IMG/VR virus record: IMGVR_UViG_3300037423_001837
Span: 1-34,317 of that record
Length of the DNA: 34,317 bases
Strand: one strand, 5' to 3'
Source of the DNA: a virus
Taxonomy: Duplodnaviria; Caudoviricetes
Positions within the stretch are counted from its first letter, which is position 1. Each line of letters starts with the position of its first letter. Position numbers and translations under genes: made by a program. Below are positions 26,737 through 34,317 of this stretch, piece by piece. The notes beneath the pieces are model-generated. The model did no database searches, had not been told where the DNA came from, and saw nothing but the letters and a program-made list of their open reading frames with translations.

Positions 26737-28328
26737 AGAAGCTCCTCCTTCTGATTATATTGCTGTTCTCCTCGCCCGCGCTCGCAGTCGAGATCAATGG
26801 CGACACCGGGTTCAGCAATCCGGGCTACTGGATGGGCATGACGCCCAACAACTGGGCTGTTGGTGGCGGAGTGCTGACCGGAACCAACGTCACGGCTTGG
26901 GAAACGATCTCTCACGTCTCGACCGCGATCAAGAAGGGGCACACCTACCAGGTGAGCTTCACCGTTTCCGGGCGTACGGCGGGAAGTGTGCAGCCCTATG
27001 TCGGCTTGTCCATGATGCACACGGCAACGGGATCGAACATCAGCTATCCAGATAGCCCGATCGCCGACAACTTCACCACTTCGTTGGGCCTTGCTTCGGC
27101 GAGCGCCGCTTCGACCAGCGATGATCCGGTCGGGGCTTTCCGCATGTTCTGCGGTGCCGGGCCAGTGTTGCCCGACGATCCCTTGGTCTATGCCAATCAG
27201 GCCGGCGCCTCACACTTCCATCAATTTTACGGCAACACCGGAACGAACGCCAAGACGACCTACACGACGCTGCGCACATCGGGCGGTACGACATGTGGCA
27301 ACGGCTCCGACCAGACCCACCCCATCAACCGATCGGCCTACTGGTTTCCGGCAATGATGGACGGTCTGGGCAATGTTGTTCGGCCGGACACAATCAACCT
27401 TTATTACAAGCGCGACCCGGCATCGAGCAGTCAATGCAATATAAGCAACTCGCTGCGGACCGCTGACAGCTGCGTTCCGATCCCCGATAATTTTCGCTTT
27501 ATTTCAGGGTATAATTTCTCAACGGGTACTGGCGGCCCGCTCGACAATGCGGCGATGCACTGGGAGTGCTGGGATTGGACCGGTGGATCGGTCACGATCT
27601 ACGGACCCTACGCACATCTTTACGATATTCAGCCGGGCGGTTCCGGGCACAATTGTCCGCTCGATAGCGTGGTCGCGATGAATGCTGCGATGGCGAATTG
27701 TTGGGACGGCACACATCTCGATGTGCCGAACCACCGCGATCATGTCGTCTATGGATTGGGTCCGATCCAGTCTGGGCAATTCTTCCGCTCCTGTGTGGGC
27801 ACAGGCGCGACCGCAGGGCACCCGATCGAAATCACCAATATCGAAGTGCAGCTTTACTTCCGCATAGATCAGGCGTTCGTCGATAAGAAATGGCACTGGT
27901 CGTCGGATGAGATGGTGGCTGGTGCGGAAAAGGGATCAACCTTCCACTTCGATTACTGGAAAGGTTGGTCGCCAACCGCTTACGCAACGCTCGAAACCAA
28001 CTGCGAAGACGGCCATTTGAGCTGCGGAGGCGGCAACCTTGGCGACCTGACAAGGATCAAGCGAGGCGACGAGACCGCGCCAACCGGTGTAGGGAACCCC
28101 GGCGCTCCAGACAGCAACCCGCGGCACCCCGCGCGTTATCTGCCCACGGCTAGGCTCGGACTCGGCAAGGGCTGCACGAGCGGAACGTGCACTTATGAGC
28201 TAACCGCTACCGGGGACACCGGAGAGTTCGGACTTATGAGCTGGGATGGGTTCAACGGAACAGTCGACAATTTCTCGGTGCAGGAGATTGTGCCTGGTCG
28301 ACACGGCCCGGTGACGGTGCACAACTAG
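26733..28328 (+). CDS. Secreted DUF1996-domain protein (copy B) with a flanking CBM-like beta-sandwich
   Basis: 531 aa. MKKLLLLIILLFSSPALA signal peptide; GAFRMFC, DDPLVY...SHFHQFYGN, NRSAYWFP, CWDG and HFDYWKGW motifs. Confidence 0.85.
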   Translation: MKKLLLLIILLFSSPALAVEINGDTGFSNPGYWMGMTPNNWAVGGGVLTGTNVTAWETISHVSTAIKKGHTYQVSFTVSGRTAGSVQPYVGLSMMHTATGSNISYPDSPIADNFTTSLGLASASAASTSDDPVGAFRMFCGAGPVLPDDPLVYANQAGASHFHQFYGNTGTNAKTTYTTLRTSGGTTCGNGSDQTHPINRSAYWFPAMMDGLGNVVRPDTINLYYKRDPASSSQCNISNSLRTADSCVPIPDNFRFISGYNFSTGTGGPLDNAAMHWECWDWTGGSVTIYGPYAHLYDIQPGGSGHNCPLDSVVAMNAAMANCWDGTHLDVPNHRDHVVYGLGPIQSGQFFRSCVGTGATAGHPIEITNIEVQLYFRIDQAFVDKKWHWSSDEMVAGAEKGSTFHFDYWKGWSPTAYATLETNCEDGHLSCGGGNLGDLTRIKRGDETAPTGVGNPGAPDSNPRHPARYLPTARLGLGKGCTSGTCTYELTATGDTGEFGLMSWDGFNGTVDNFSVQEIVPGRHGPVTVHN

Positions 28329-30572
28329 TCATTTCGCAAAACCTTTGAAGCGATATTCGCCTTCCTCGACGATGATCCGGTTGAACCCCAGGTGCGTCAT
28401 CGCGCGTTCGACACGCGCTTCGTGCGTCCGGTTCTGCTGCGAGACGGCAAGGCCGAGCGCGCCGGCCATGATCTCGCCGGCCGTGACGTGACCCTTGTCC
28501 ATCGGGCGCCTTTCGTCGATCCCGATCGTGTCCAGCCATTGCATGATCGAGCGCTCCCATGCGTCGGCGATCTTGAACTGCGGGTGCTCGATCTTCGCCA
28601 GCCGCTCCGCGTCCTGCCAGTGCACGCCATCGAGCAGGAACATCGCCGCGCCTTCCGCCCATAGCTGATCGCGCGTGTCGACGATCCGCGCGATGTCGAG
28701 TTCGCCTTCACACCAGCCGGGGAGCCAGCGCCGCTCACCGGTAGGATCGGCGAGGAACGACCAGTCGTTGGTCGAGCCGATGAAGATGTTGCGCCGCCAG
28801 AAGAAGCTTTCGAATTCCTTGTACTTGGGTATCCAGCTTTCGCGCCGCCGCGAAATGAACGCCTTGATATCCTCTAGCTCGCGGCTGTTGAGCCCGCGCA
28901 GCTCCTCGAGTTCGGCGACGAGCTTGCCGCGCAGCTTGCGGCTGATATTGTCGTCCTGCTCGTTGAGCTTGATCTCGGCGTACATATCCTCGTGCGGCAC
29001 CATTGACTGGATCGCGGTCGTCTTGCGGATACCCTGCACGCCGGCGAGGATCGGTGCCATGTCGGCGCGCACACCGGGCAGCAGCACCCGCCCGGCCATC
29101 GCCGACCAGACATAGCGCGACACCGCCCGGCTGTACTCGCTGTCGCGCCACCCCCAGCAATCGGCGGCGAACGTATCGACGCGCGACACGCCGTCCCAGG
29201 TGAGGCGCGTGAGCCATTCCCGCGCGATGTCGATCGTGTTGTGGTGGGCGGCGGCGTGGACGCAGTTGCGCAGCAGCTGGATGCCCATCGCCTTGACGCC
29301 GCGGCGTTCCAGCTCGAGCTGGATATTGGTCATGTCGGCGTCGGTGAGCTGGCGCCACTGCGCCTTGTCCGGCTCCTGCTCCATCGGCGCCCAAACGAGA
29401 TTGTCGGTGAAGGCGTCGTAGCTGATGCGCTTGAACACCGCGCCGCCGTGACTGACCATCGTTACGAGGTTCTCGGCGGTGGGCTCTATCTTTCCGCGCC
29501 CGTCACGAACGACCGTAGGCCACGAGCCAGCCTCGCGAGGCGGCCCGGCGCGCGGGATGCGGGCTTGCTCGACGACTGTGAAGTCCGAACCCGGCTTCGG
29601 CTCATTTCGAACAGCTGGTACAAGTCCGGTTTCTCCGAGATCGTCGAACTGCCCGACCGAGTAGCCAGTCGCGTCAAGGAAATCTCGATCTTCACGTCCC
29701 GTGCAGTGAGCATGGAGGCATACGAAATGCCCTTGCGCGTATCCCCCGGTTCCAGCCGGGAAATAAGCGGTCGAAGTCGGTCCGCTATCAGCGGTGTGAT
29801 CTCCATTAAAAGGACACTCAATGAAGAGCTGACTGTCTGTTCCGACATCGTAAACCTCCCAATTCTCGACGAGCCAATCGGCGACGTCATCGTGCACATG
29901 GAGATCGGCGCCGCTCCCTGCGCGGCGCTCGCGCGCTATCCGCGGTTCGGCAGTGCCGTACATGGTGACGAGCAGCTGCCATACGGTCTCGAGCTGCTCC
30001 TTGGAGAGCACCGGAAACGCGGCCGGCAAGTCGCCGGTGTTCCAGCGATAGGGCGCGCCGCTGGGGTGCGTGCCGACCGCGACGAACTGCTGCCCTTCGG
30101 CGAGCACTTCAAGGATGCCGCCCTCGACGGGCAGGACGCGCTTGGTCAGCGGCCGGTTGTAGGTGAAAGCGAGCAGGCGCTTGCCGCTGTTGTCGCGAAA
30201 ACGGCACGGCAGGGAGATGCCGAGCGATGCGGTGATCGCCTGCTGCAGCGCCGCGGCGCGGGCCGGATCGGCGACGTCGATATCGAAGGCGCGGACCTTG
30301 CGCGTCTGCAGGCAGATGCCGTAGTCGGGCTCGCTGCGCCAGCGCTGGATCATGTACTCGCTGGCCCTGAGCTTCGTCCATTCCGGCAGGCCGACGACAT
30401 TATGATCGCGGTTGTAGATCGAGGGCGTTTTGCCCATCGCCTTCATTTTCGAGTTGGGCGATATCTGTGCGTTCGGGTTGGCGACCACAGGCAGCAGGTC
30501 TTCGCCCAGCTTGAGCTGCCCTGAGAAGTGATCCCATGCCTCTGGACTGGCGCCGAAGCGCTGCGACTGCAT
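28329..30572 (-). CDS. Primase-helicase (Prim-Pol N-terminus, Zn-binding module, VapE/VirE-like helicase)
   Basis: AFDIDV catalytic motif, CPF..H...CLHAHC, Walker A GVQGIRKTT, ELEEL, GSTN...DPTGERRW. Start is ATG 30572 or GTG 30578. Confidence 0.9.
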   Translation of the reverse strand: MQSQRFGASPEAWDHFSGQLKLGEDLLPVVANPNAQISPNSKMKAMGKTPSIYNRDHNVVGLPEWTKLRASEYMIQRWRSEPDYGICLQTRKVRAFDIDVADPARAAALQQAITASLGISLPCRFRDNSGKRLLAFTYNRPLTKRVLPVEGGILEVLAEGQQFVAVGTHPSGAPYRWNTGDLPAAFPVLSKEQLETVWQLLVTMYGTAEPRIARERRAGSGADLHVHDDVADWLVENWEVYDVGTDSQLFIECPFNGDHTADSGPTSTAYFPAGTGGYAQGHFVCLHAHCTGREDRDFLDATGYSVGQFDDLGETGLVPAVRNEPKPGSDFTVVEQARIPRAGPPREAGSWPTVVRDGRGKIEPTAENLVTMVSHGGAVFKRISYDAFTDNLVWAPMEQEPDKAQWRQLTDADMTNIQLELERRGVKAMGIQLLRNCVHAAAHHNTIDIAREWLTRLTWDGVSRVDTFAADCWGWRDSEYSRAVSRYVWSAMAGRVLLPGVRADMAPILAGVQGIRKTTAIQSMVPHEDMYAEIKLNEQDDNISRKLRGKLVAELEELRGLNSRELEDIKAFISRRRESWIPKYKEFESFFWRRNIFIGSTNDWSFLADPTGERRWLPGWCEGELDIARIVDTRDQLWAEGAAMFLLDGVHWQDAERLAKIEHPQFKIADAWERSIMQWLDTIGIDERRPMDKGHVTAGEIMAGALGLAVSQQNRTHEARVERAMTHLGFNRIIVEEGEYRFKGFAK

Positions 30573-30588
30573 AAGCACTGCGCAGCGC

Positions 30589-30816
30589 TTAGGAGTTCAG
30601 CAGCGGACGAAGCTTCGCGCTGACCAGATCGATCAGCTCGATGCCATAGGCATCGGATATGATCCGCGCGCGCTCGGGCGGGAAGTAGCCGCGGCGCTGC
30701 GACAGATAGATGAAATTCACCGAAACGCCCAGCATTGCGGCCAGGGTCTTGTACGCTTCCGGCCCGCCGCCTGCTGCGTCGATTGCTCTATCGACACCGG
30801 TTGGGTCTTTGGTCAT
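30589..30816 (-). CDS. Cro-like HTH transcriptional regulator
   Basis: 75 aa; AIDAAGG...LAAMLGVSVNFIY...GYFPPERA; CGAAAGGAG RBS; directly upstream of the primase. Confidence 0.8.
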   Translation of the reverse strand: MTKDPTGVDRAIDAAGGGPEAYKTLAAMLGVSVNFIYLSQRRGYFPPERARIISDAYGIELIDLVSAKLRPLLNS

Positions 30817-30845
30817 AGGTTGCTCCTTTCGGGACTTGGCAACGG

Positions 30846-30875
30846 GTTATGAACCGGATGGTGTACAGCGGTCAA
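30846..30875 (-). promoter_or_regulatory. Leftward promoter for cro/primase with an operator
   Basis: Minus strand TTGACC GCTGTA CACCATCCGGTT CATAA; same geometry as 19331. Confidence 0.5.
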
Positions 30876-30976
30876 GCCACTGTTGCAAATAATTGTGAAT
30901 GGACACCGGCAGCGAAAATAACGGTTGACCGTCTCCTGCAAACAGATTAGTTCACATCGCGAAAGGGAGAATTTGA

Positions 30977-31123
30977 TTGCGCCACTCATACAAACTCGCG
31001 CTTCGCGCCAAGGGCATCAAGCCCATTCCCAAATACCAGGCGCTGCGATCGCATCGCTCGCCCGACGATCAGCACATCACGAGCGACGATTGCCGCTTGA
31101 CGCCAGTACATAACGCAGCGTAG
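30977..31123 (+). CDS. Possible 48-aa protein
   Basis: TTG after GAAAGGGAG: MRHSYKLALRAKGIKPIPKYQALRSHRSPDDQHITSDDCRLTPVHNAA; putative promoter TTGACC at 30925. Confidence 0.4.
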   Translation: MRHSYKLALRAKGIKPIPKYQALRSHRSPDDQHITSDDCRLTPVHNAA

Positions 31124-31154
31124 GAACAAATAGGTTCATCGAAAGGAAAAAGCA

Positions 31155-31631
31155 ATGATCCGACTTGAAATCAGTGGCGAGACCGCGCAGGAATTCGGCA
31201 CTCAGCTCGCCGCGGTGGCGCAGCTTATGGCGGGCAATTCGGGCGGCGTGATGCCAGCGCCGGCTGCTCAGCCCGAAGCGCCGAAACCAGCGCGCGGAAG
31301 GCCGAAGAGCACTGCAGCAGAGGCAGCGCCAGCGCTGGTGCTGGAGGAGATGGGGCGCAACCTGACGCCCTTGGCTGAGCCAAGCCCTACTGGCGATGCC
31401 GCACCTGCGAGCGGCGCCGCGAAGTCGGATACCTCACCTGCCGCCCCTGCCGGCGAGGCGATCACGCGCGATAGCGTTGCCAAGAAGTGCACTGCTTACG
31501 GGCAGAAGGGTGGCCCGGCCGCGCTCAAGGAATTGTTCGTCGAGATGGGCTCGGAGAGTGGACGCTGGAGCGGCGTACCCGACGAGAACCTCGCAGCGCT
31601 CGACGCACGGCTCGACGATCTGCTGGGCTAA
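31155..31631 (+). CDS. Hypothetical protein of the APSE-like replication module
   Basis: 158 aa; disordered Ala/Pro middle and a C-terminal helical domain; usual position before DUF2800. Confidence 0.75.
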   Translation: MIRLEISGETAQEFGTQLAAVAQLMAGNSGGVMPAPAAQPEAPKPARGRPKSTAAEAAPALVLEEMGRNLTPLAEPSPTGDAAPASGAAKSDTSPAAPAGEAITRDSVAKKCTAYGQKGGPAALKELFVEMGSESGRWSGVPDENLAALDARLDDLLG

Positions 31632-31725
31632 AAACTCGCCGGGCGAGCCTTCACCTCCCGCCCTTGCAAGCCAGCCGCCCGGTGCTGGTGCGAGAAGAAC
31701 CGGGCACCGTTTCGAAAGGAAGACC

Positions 31726-33114
31726 ATGATCGAAGTCGCAGAGAAGCCGCACGCACGTCTCGGTGCTTCGGGCTTCCACACCTGGGGCGCATGTCCCGGC
31801 TCCGATGTGCTCGGCGAAGGGATCGACAAGCCCAGCTCGCGCTACGCCAAGGAAGGAACCGCGGCGCACGCGTTGCTCGAGCACTGCCTTGAAGTGCAGG
31901 GCATAGAGCGCGGCGCAGGCTTCCTCGACGCCGAGCATTTCATCGGCGAAGAGATCATCGTCGAAGGCGAAGTGTTCATCGTCGACAACGACATGGCCGA
32001 CGCGGTGAACAGCGCGATCGATATCGTTCGCTCGTACATGATAGAGGGCGATATGCTCTTCGTGGAAAGCGAAGTGCCCATCGATCACCTGACCGGCGAA
32101 GAGGAAGCGCGCGGGACGTGCGACATCGCCATCGTCTCGGCGGACGGCACGACACTGACCATCGCCGATTACAAGCACGGTCAGGGCGTGATGGTTTATG
32201 CGAGTGAGAAGGAAGGCGGTGCGCCCAACGGGCAGCTCGCGATGTACGCCAGCGGATGGCTTCAGGCCAACGGCTTTCTTTACGAAGAGATCACCACGAT
32301 CCGCCTTGCGATCATTCAGCCGCGCATGGAATGGCACGACGAGCACACGATCAGTATCGAAGAGCTGCGTGCGTTCGAAGACGTGATCCGCGAAGCAGCC
32401 GGCCGCGTCGAGCTGAACCGGCAATATTCTCAGCAAGGCGGTGTCATCGATCTTAATCCCGGCGAAAAGCAGTGCAAGTTCTGCAAGGCCAAAGGCATCT
32501 GCCCGGCGCTGCGCGAAGCGTCGACCAAGGCGCTCGCCATCGTCGCCGATCCGTCGAGGCTCGACGAGTTCGAAGATTTGTCCGTGCCCAAGAAGGCGGC
32601 GGCAGTGGTCGTCAACGAGGGAGTGACCAATGAGCGGCTTAGTGAATTCCTGCGCGCCGTTCCCCTTATCGAACAAGCGATCGAGGCAGCAGGCACTGAA
32701 GCGCTACGCCGACTTACGGCTGGTCAAGAACTGCCCGGCTTCTATTTGGGCGTTGGTCGCGCTGGCCGGCGCGCATGGGCCAACGAAGAGGAAGCCCGCA
32801 AGGAGCTGACCAAATCGGGACGGCTCAAGGTTTCCGAAGCGACGGTCGCCAAGGTCAGGTCGCCGACGCAGATCGAGAAGCTCGCCGGCAAGACGCGCTG
32901 GTGGCCCAAGGTCGCACCACTGATCGTGCAGCCCGAAGGCGGTCCCAAGGTCTGCCAGGTCGGCGTCGACCGCAACGCGACGTACAAGATCGCATCGGAT
33001 GTTTCGGAATTCCAAGACTTAACTGCGGTCGAACAGGTCAGCGCTGCGCTTAGTGCGCCCAACCCCATACTGCGCGAGCAGCTCGAAGCATCACTCAAAG
33101 ACATTATGGATTGA
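31726..33114 (+). CDS. DUF2800 PD-(D/E)XK (Cas4-like) exonuclease
   Basis: 462 aa from MIEVAEKPHARLGAS; CPGS, EGTAAH, GTCD, IADYKHGQG, QLAMYA and QCKFCKAKGICP motifs. Confidence 0.88.
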   Translation: MIEVAEKPHARLGASGFHTWGACPGSDVLGEGIDKPSSRYAKEGTAAHALLEHCLEVQGIERGAGFLDAEHFIGEEIIVEGEVFIVDNDMADAVNSAIDIVRSYMIEGDMLFVESEVPIDHLTGEEEARGTCDIAIVSADGTTLTIADYKHGQGVMVYASEKEGGAPNGQLAMYASGWLQANGFLYEEITTIRLAIIQPRMEWHDEHTISIEELRAFEDVIREAAGRVELNRQYSQQGGVIDLNPGEKQCKFCKAKGICPALREASTKALAIVADPSRLDEFEDLSVPKKAAAVVVNEGVTNERLSEFLRAVPLIEQAIEAAGTEALRRLTAGQELPGFYLGVGRAGRRAWANEEEARKELTKSGRLKVSEATVAKVRSPTQIEKLAGKTRWWPKVAPLIVQPEGGPKVCQVGVDRNATYKIASDVSEFQDLTAVEQVSAALSAPNPILREQLEASLKDIMD

Positions 33115-33127
33115 AAGGAGAAGTATC

Positions 33128-33697
33128 GTGGCTACACCTACTACCAACAAGATCATCATTCCCGAGGCACGGCTTGCGTTCCCTGACCTGTTCACCGCGC
33201 GCTCGGTGGACGGTGGACCGCTGACGTTCGGCTCGACGTTCATCATTCCGCCCGACAGCCCGGCGCTAGCCACGATTGCGGCCGAGGAAGAGCGCGTCGC
33301 CAAGGAGAAGTGGGGCGCCAAGGCTCCGCAAATCCTCGCGATGATCCGCGCCAATAACCGCGGCGCGGTCAAGCCCGGCGTGCTCAAGGCGAAGTTCGAC
33401 GGGTTCGACGGCAACTACTTTGTATCCGCCAACAGCCGCACCCGGCCTACCGTAGTCAACCGCCGCGGCCAGCCGATCGGCGCCGAAGACGGAGTGATCT
33501 ACGCTGGCTGCTATGTGCTCGGACACGTCACGCTTTGGGCGCAGGACAACAAGTTCGGCCAGCGCGTGAATGCTGAAGTCACCGGCGTCCAATTCCTCAA
33601 GGACGGCGATGCGTTCAGCGGCGGTGCGCAGCCGTCGAGCGTCGAGGAATTCGGCGATCTCGGTGCAGGCGAGGATGACGACCCTATGGCGGGCTAG
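33128..33697 (+). CDS. DUF2815 ssDNA-binding protein
   Basis: 189 aa from GTG (GAAAGGAG RBS); RLAFPDLF, IYAGCY, GVQFLKDGDAFSGG, acidic tail. Confidence 0.88.
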   Translation: MATPTTNKIIIPEARLAFPDLFTARSVDGGPLTFGSTFIIPPDSPALATIAAEEERVAKEKWGAKAPQILAMIRANNRGAVKPGVLKAKFDGFDGNYFVSANSRTRPTVVNRRGQPIGAEDGVIYAGCYVLGHVTLWAQDNKFGQRVNAEVTGVQFLKDGDAFSGGAQPSSVEEFGDLGAGEDDDPMAG

Positions 33698-33794
33698 AGA
33701 CTTGCTGAGCCGTTCACTATCCCCTTCGACGGCTCACGCATCGGCGCGGTCCCGACGCCAGAAATATCGGGCGCTTCTCGAAAGGAAGAACCAT

Positions 33795-33971
33795 ATGGTC
33801 TCCATCAACGTGGTGATCGTCCATAAGCAGATCGAGCACGGCGCCGATGTCGGCAAAGCCGTTGCGCTGTTCCTGTCCGAGACGGTCGAAGAGCCCTGGG
33901 TGTGCACGGTGCGCGTCCGGCGCAACCCCGACCGCACGACCGACGACTATCTCAAGAGGTACGAAGGATGA
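33795..33971 (+). CDS. Hypothetical protein
   Basis: 58 aa; CGAAAGGAAGAA RBS. Confidence 0.6.
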   Translation: MVSINVVIVHKQIEHGADVGKAVALFLSETVEEPWVCTVRVRRNPDRTTDDYLKRYEG

Positions 33972-34198
33972 TCGTCTTCACCCTCCTGCCCGAAGCCGAG
34001 CGCTCCGAGCATCGGCAGCACCATTACAGCCACATCGAATGCGATGTGTGCGGCAAGCGCGCACCGCCTGCCTCCGAGAGCGTCAGGCACCACGGGCTGA
34101 GCAACATGGGCTGGTTCATCGGGCCAGGGCAACACCGCTGCGCAGAGCACTACCACAAGGACGTGCCGGCGCGCGGGCCGCAGTATCGCGATGATTGA
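33968..34198 (+). CDS. Small Zn-finger protein
   Basis: 76 aa; CDVC...GW...HRCAEH; ATGA-coupled. Confidence 0.65.
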   Translation: MIVFTLLPEAERSEHRQHHYSHIECDVCGKRAPPASESVRHHGLSNMGWFIGPGQHRCAEHYHKDVPARGPQYRDD

Positions 34199-34317
34199 TG
34201 GCAGCTTACTATAACGAGATCGATCCCTTCGCAGCCGAGTGGCTGCGCAACCTGATCGCGGCAGGGCTGATCGCGCCGGGCGATGTCGACGAGCGCAGCA
34301 TAGAGGACGTGCACCCC
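34198..34317 (+). CDS. Phage DNA (cytosine-5) methyltransferase, N-terminus only
   Basis: MAAYYNEIDPFAAEWLRNLIAAGLIAPGDVDERSIEDV is the characteristic start of a phage C5-MTase family; truncated by the window end. Confidence 0.8.
   Translation, partial: MAAYYNEIDPFAAEWLRNLIAAGLIAPGDVDERSIEDVHP

Noticed and set aside
21942-28328. Diversity-generating retroelement, given the BPP-1-like head genes and duplicated domain
   Set aside because: No reverse transcriptase and no near-identical TR/VR pair differing at adenines; the DUF1996 copies are diverged protein paralogs.
30941-31136. LexA/SOS boxes
   Set aside because: Spacing fits neither the alphaproteobacterial GTTC-N7-GTTC nor the GAAC-N4-GTTC box; treated as a phage operator instead.
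31396-31725. N-terminal extension of the nuclease (572-aa track ORF)
   Set aside because: It overlaps the 158-aa gene; the RBS and family N-terminus indicate a start at 31726.
31726-33114. Cas4 as part of a CRISPR system
   Set aside because: Its context next to a DUF2815 SSB is the standard phage replication/recombination module; no other cas genes or array.

Overview
The whole window is part of a GC-rich tailed-phage (or prophage) genome with a podovirus-type layout resembling BPP-1/epsilon15/APSE; the extended GAAAGGA ribosome-binding sites suggest an alphaproteobacterial host (inference). Bases 1-17135 (minus strand) form the late operon: three paralogous small genes, terS, terL, portal, scaffold, major capsid, decoration protein, tail adaptor, a split tail nozzle with a 21-proline run, and internal virion proteins, one with an M23 peptidase domain. 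Bases 17380-21875 (plus strand) are small early genes, the first five separated by hairpins. Bases 21942-28328 are an unusual accessory block: two divergent secreted DUF1996 proteins bracket a structured leader and fibre/SPRY receptor-binding-like genes. Bases 28329-34317 hold a primase-helicase, a Cro-like HTH, a DUF2800 nuclease, a DUF2815 SSB and a truncated C5 methyltransferase. No integrase, CI repressor, DNA polymerase, endolysin, reverse transcriptase, tRNA or CRISPR was seen. Best leads: the DUF1996/fibre cassette, a structured RNA carrying a 12-nt complement of the RBS motif shared by five early/replication genes, a C-terminal peptide motif shared by four consecutive genes including terS, a repeated covarying hairpin, and AAC-N6-GTT operators. 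Family assignments are from motif recognition by eye; no searches were run.
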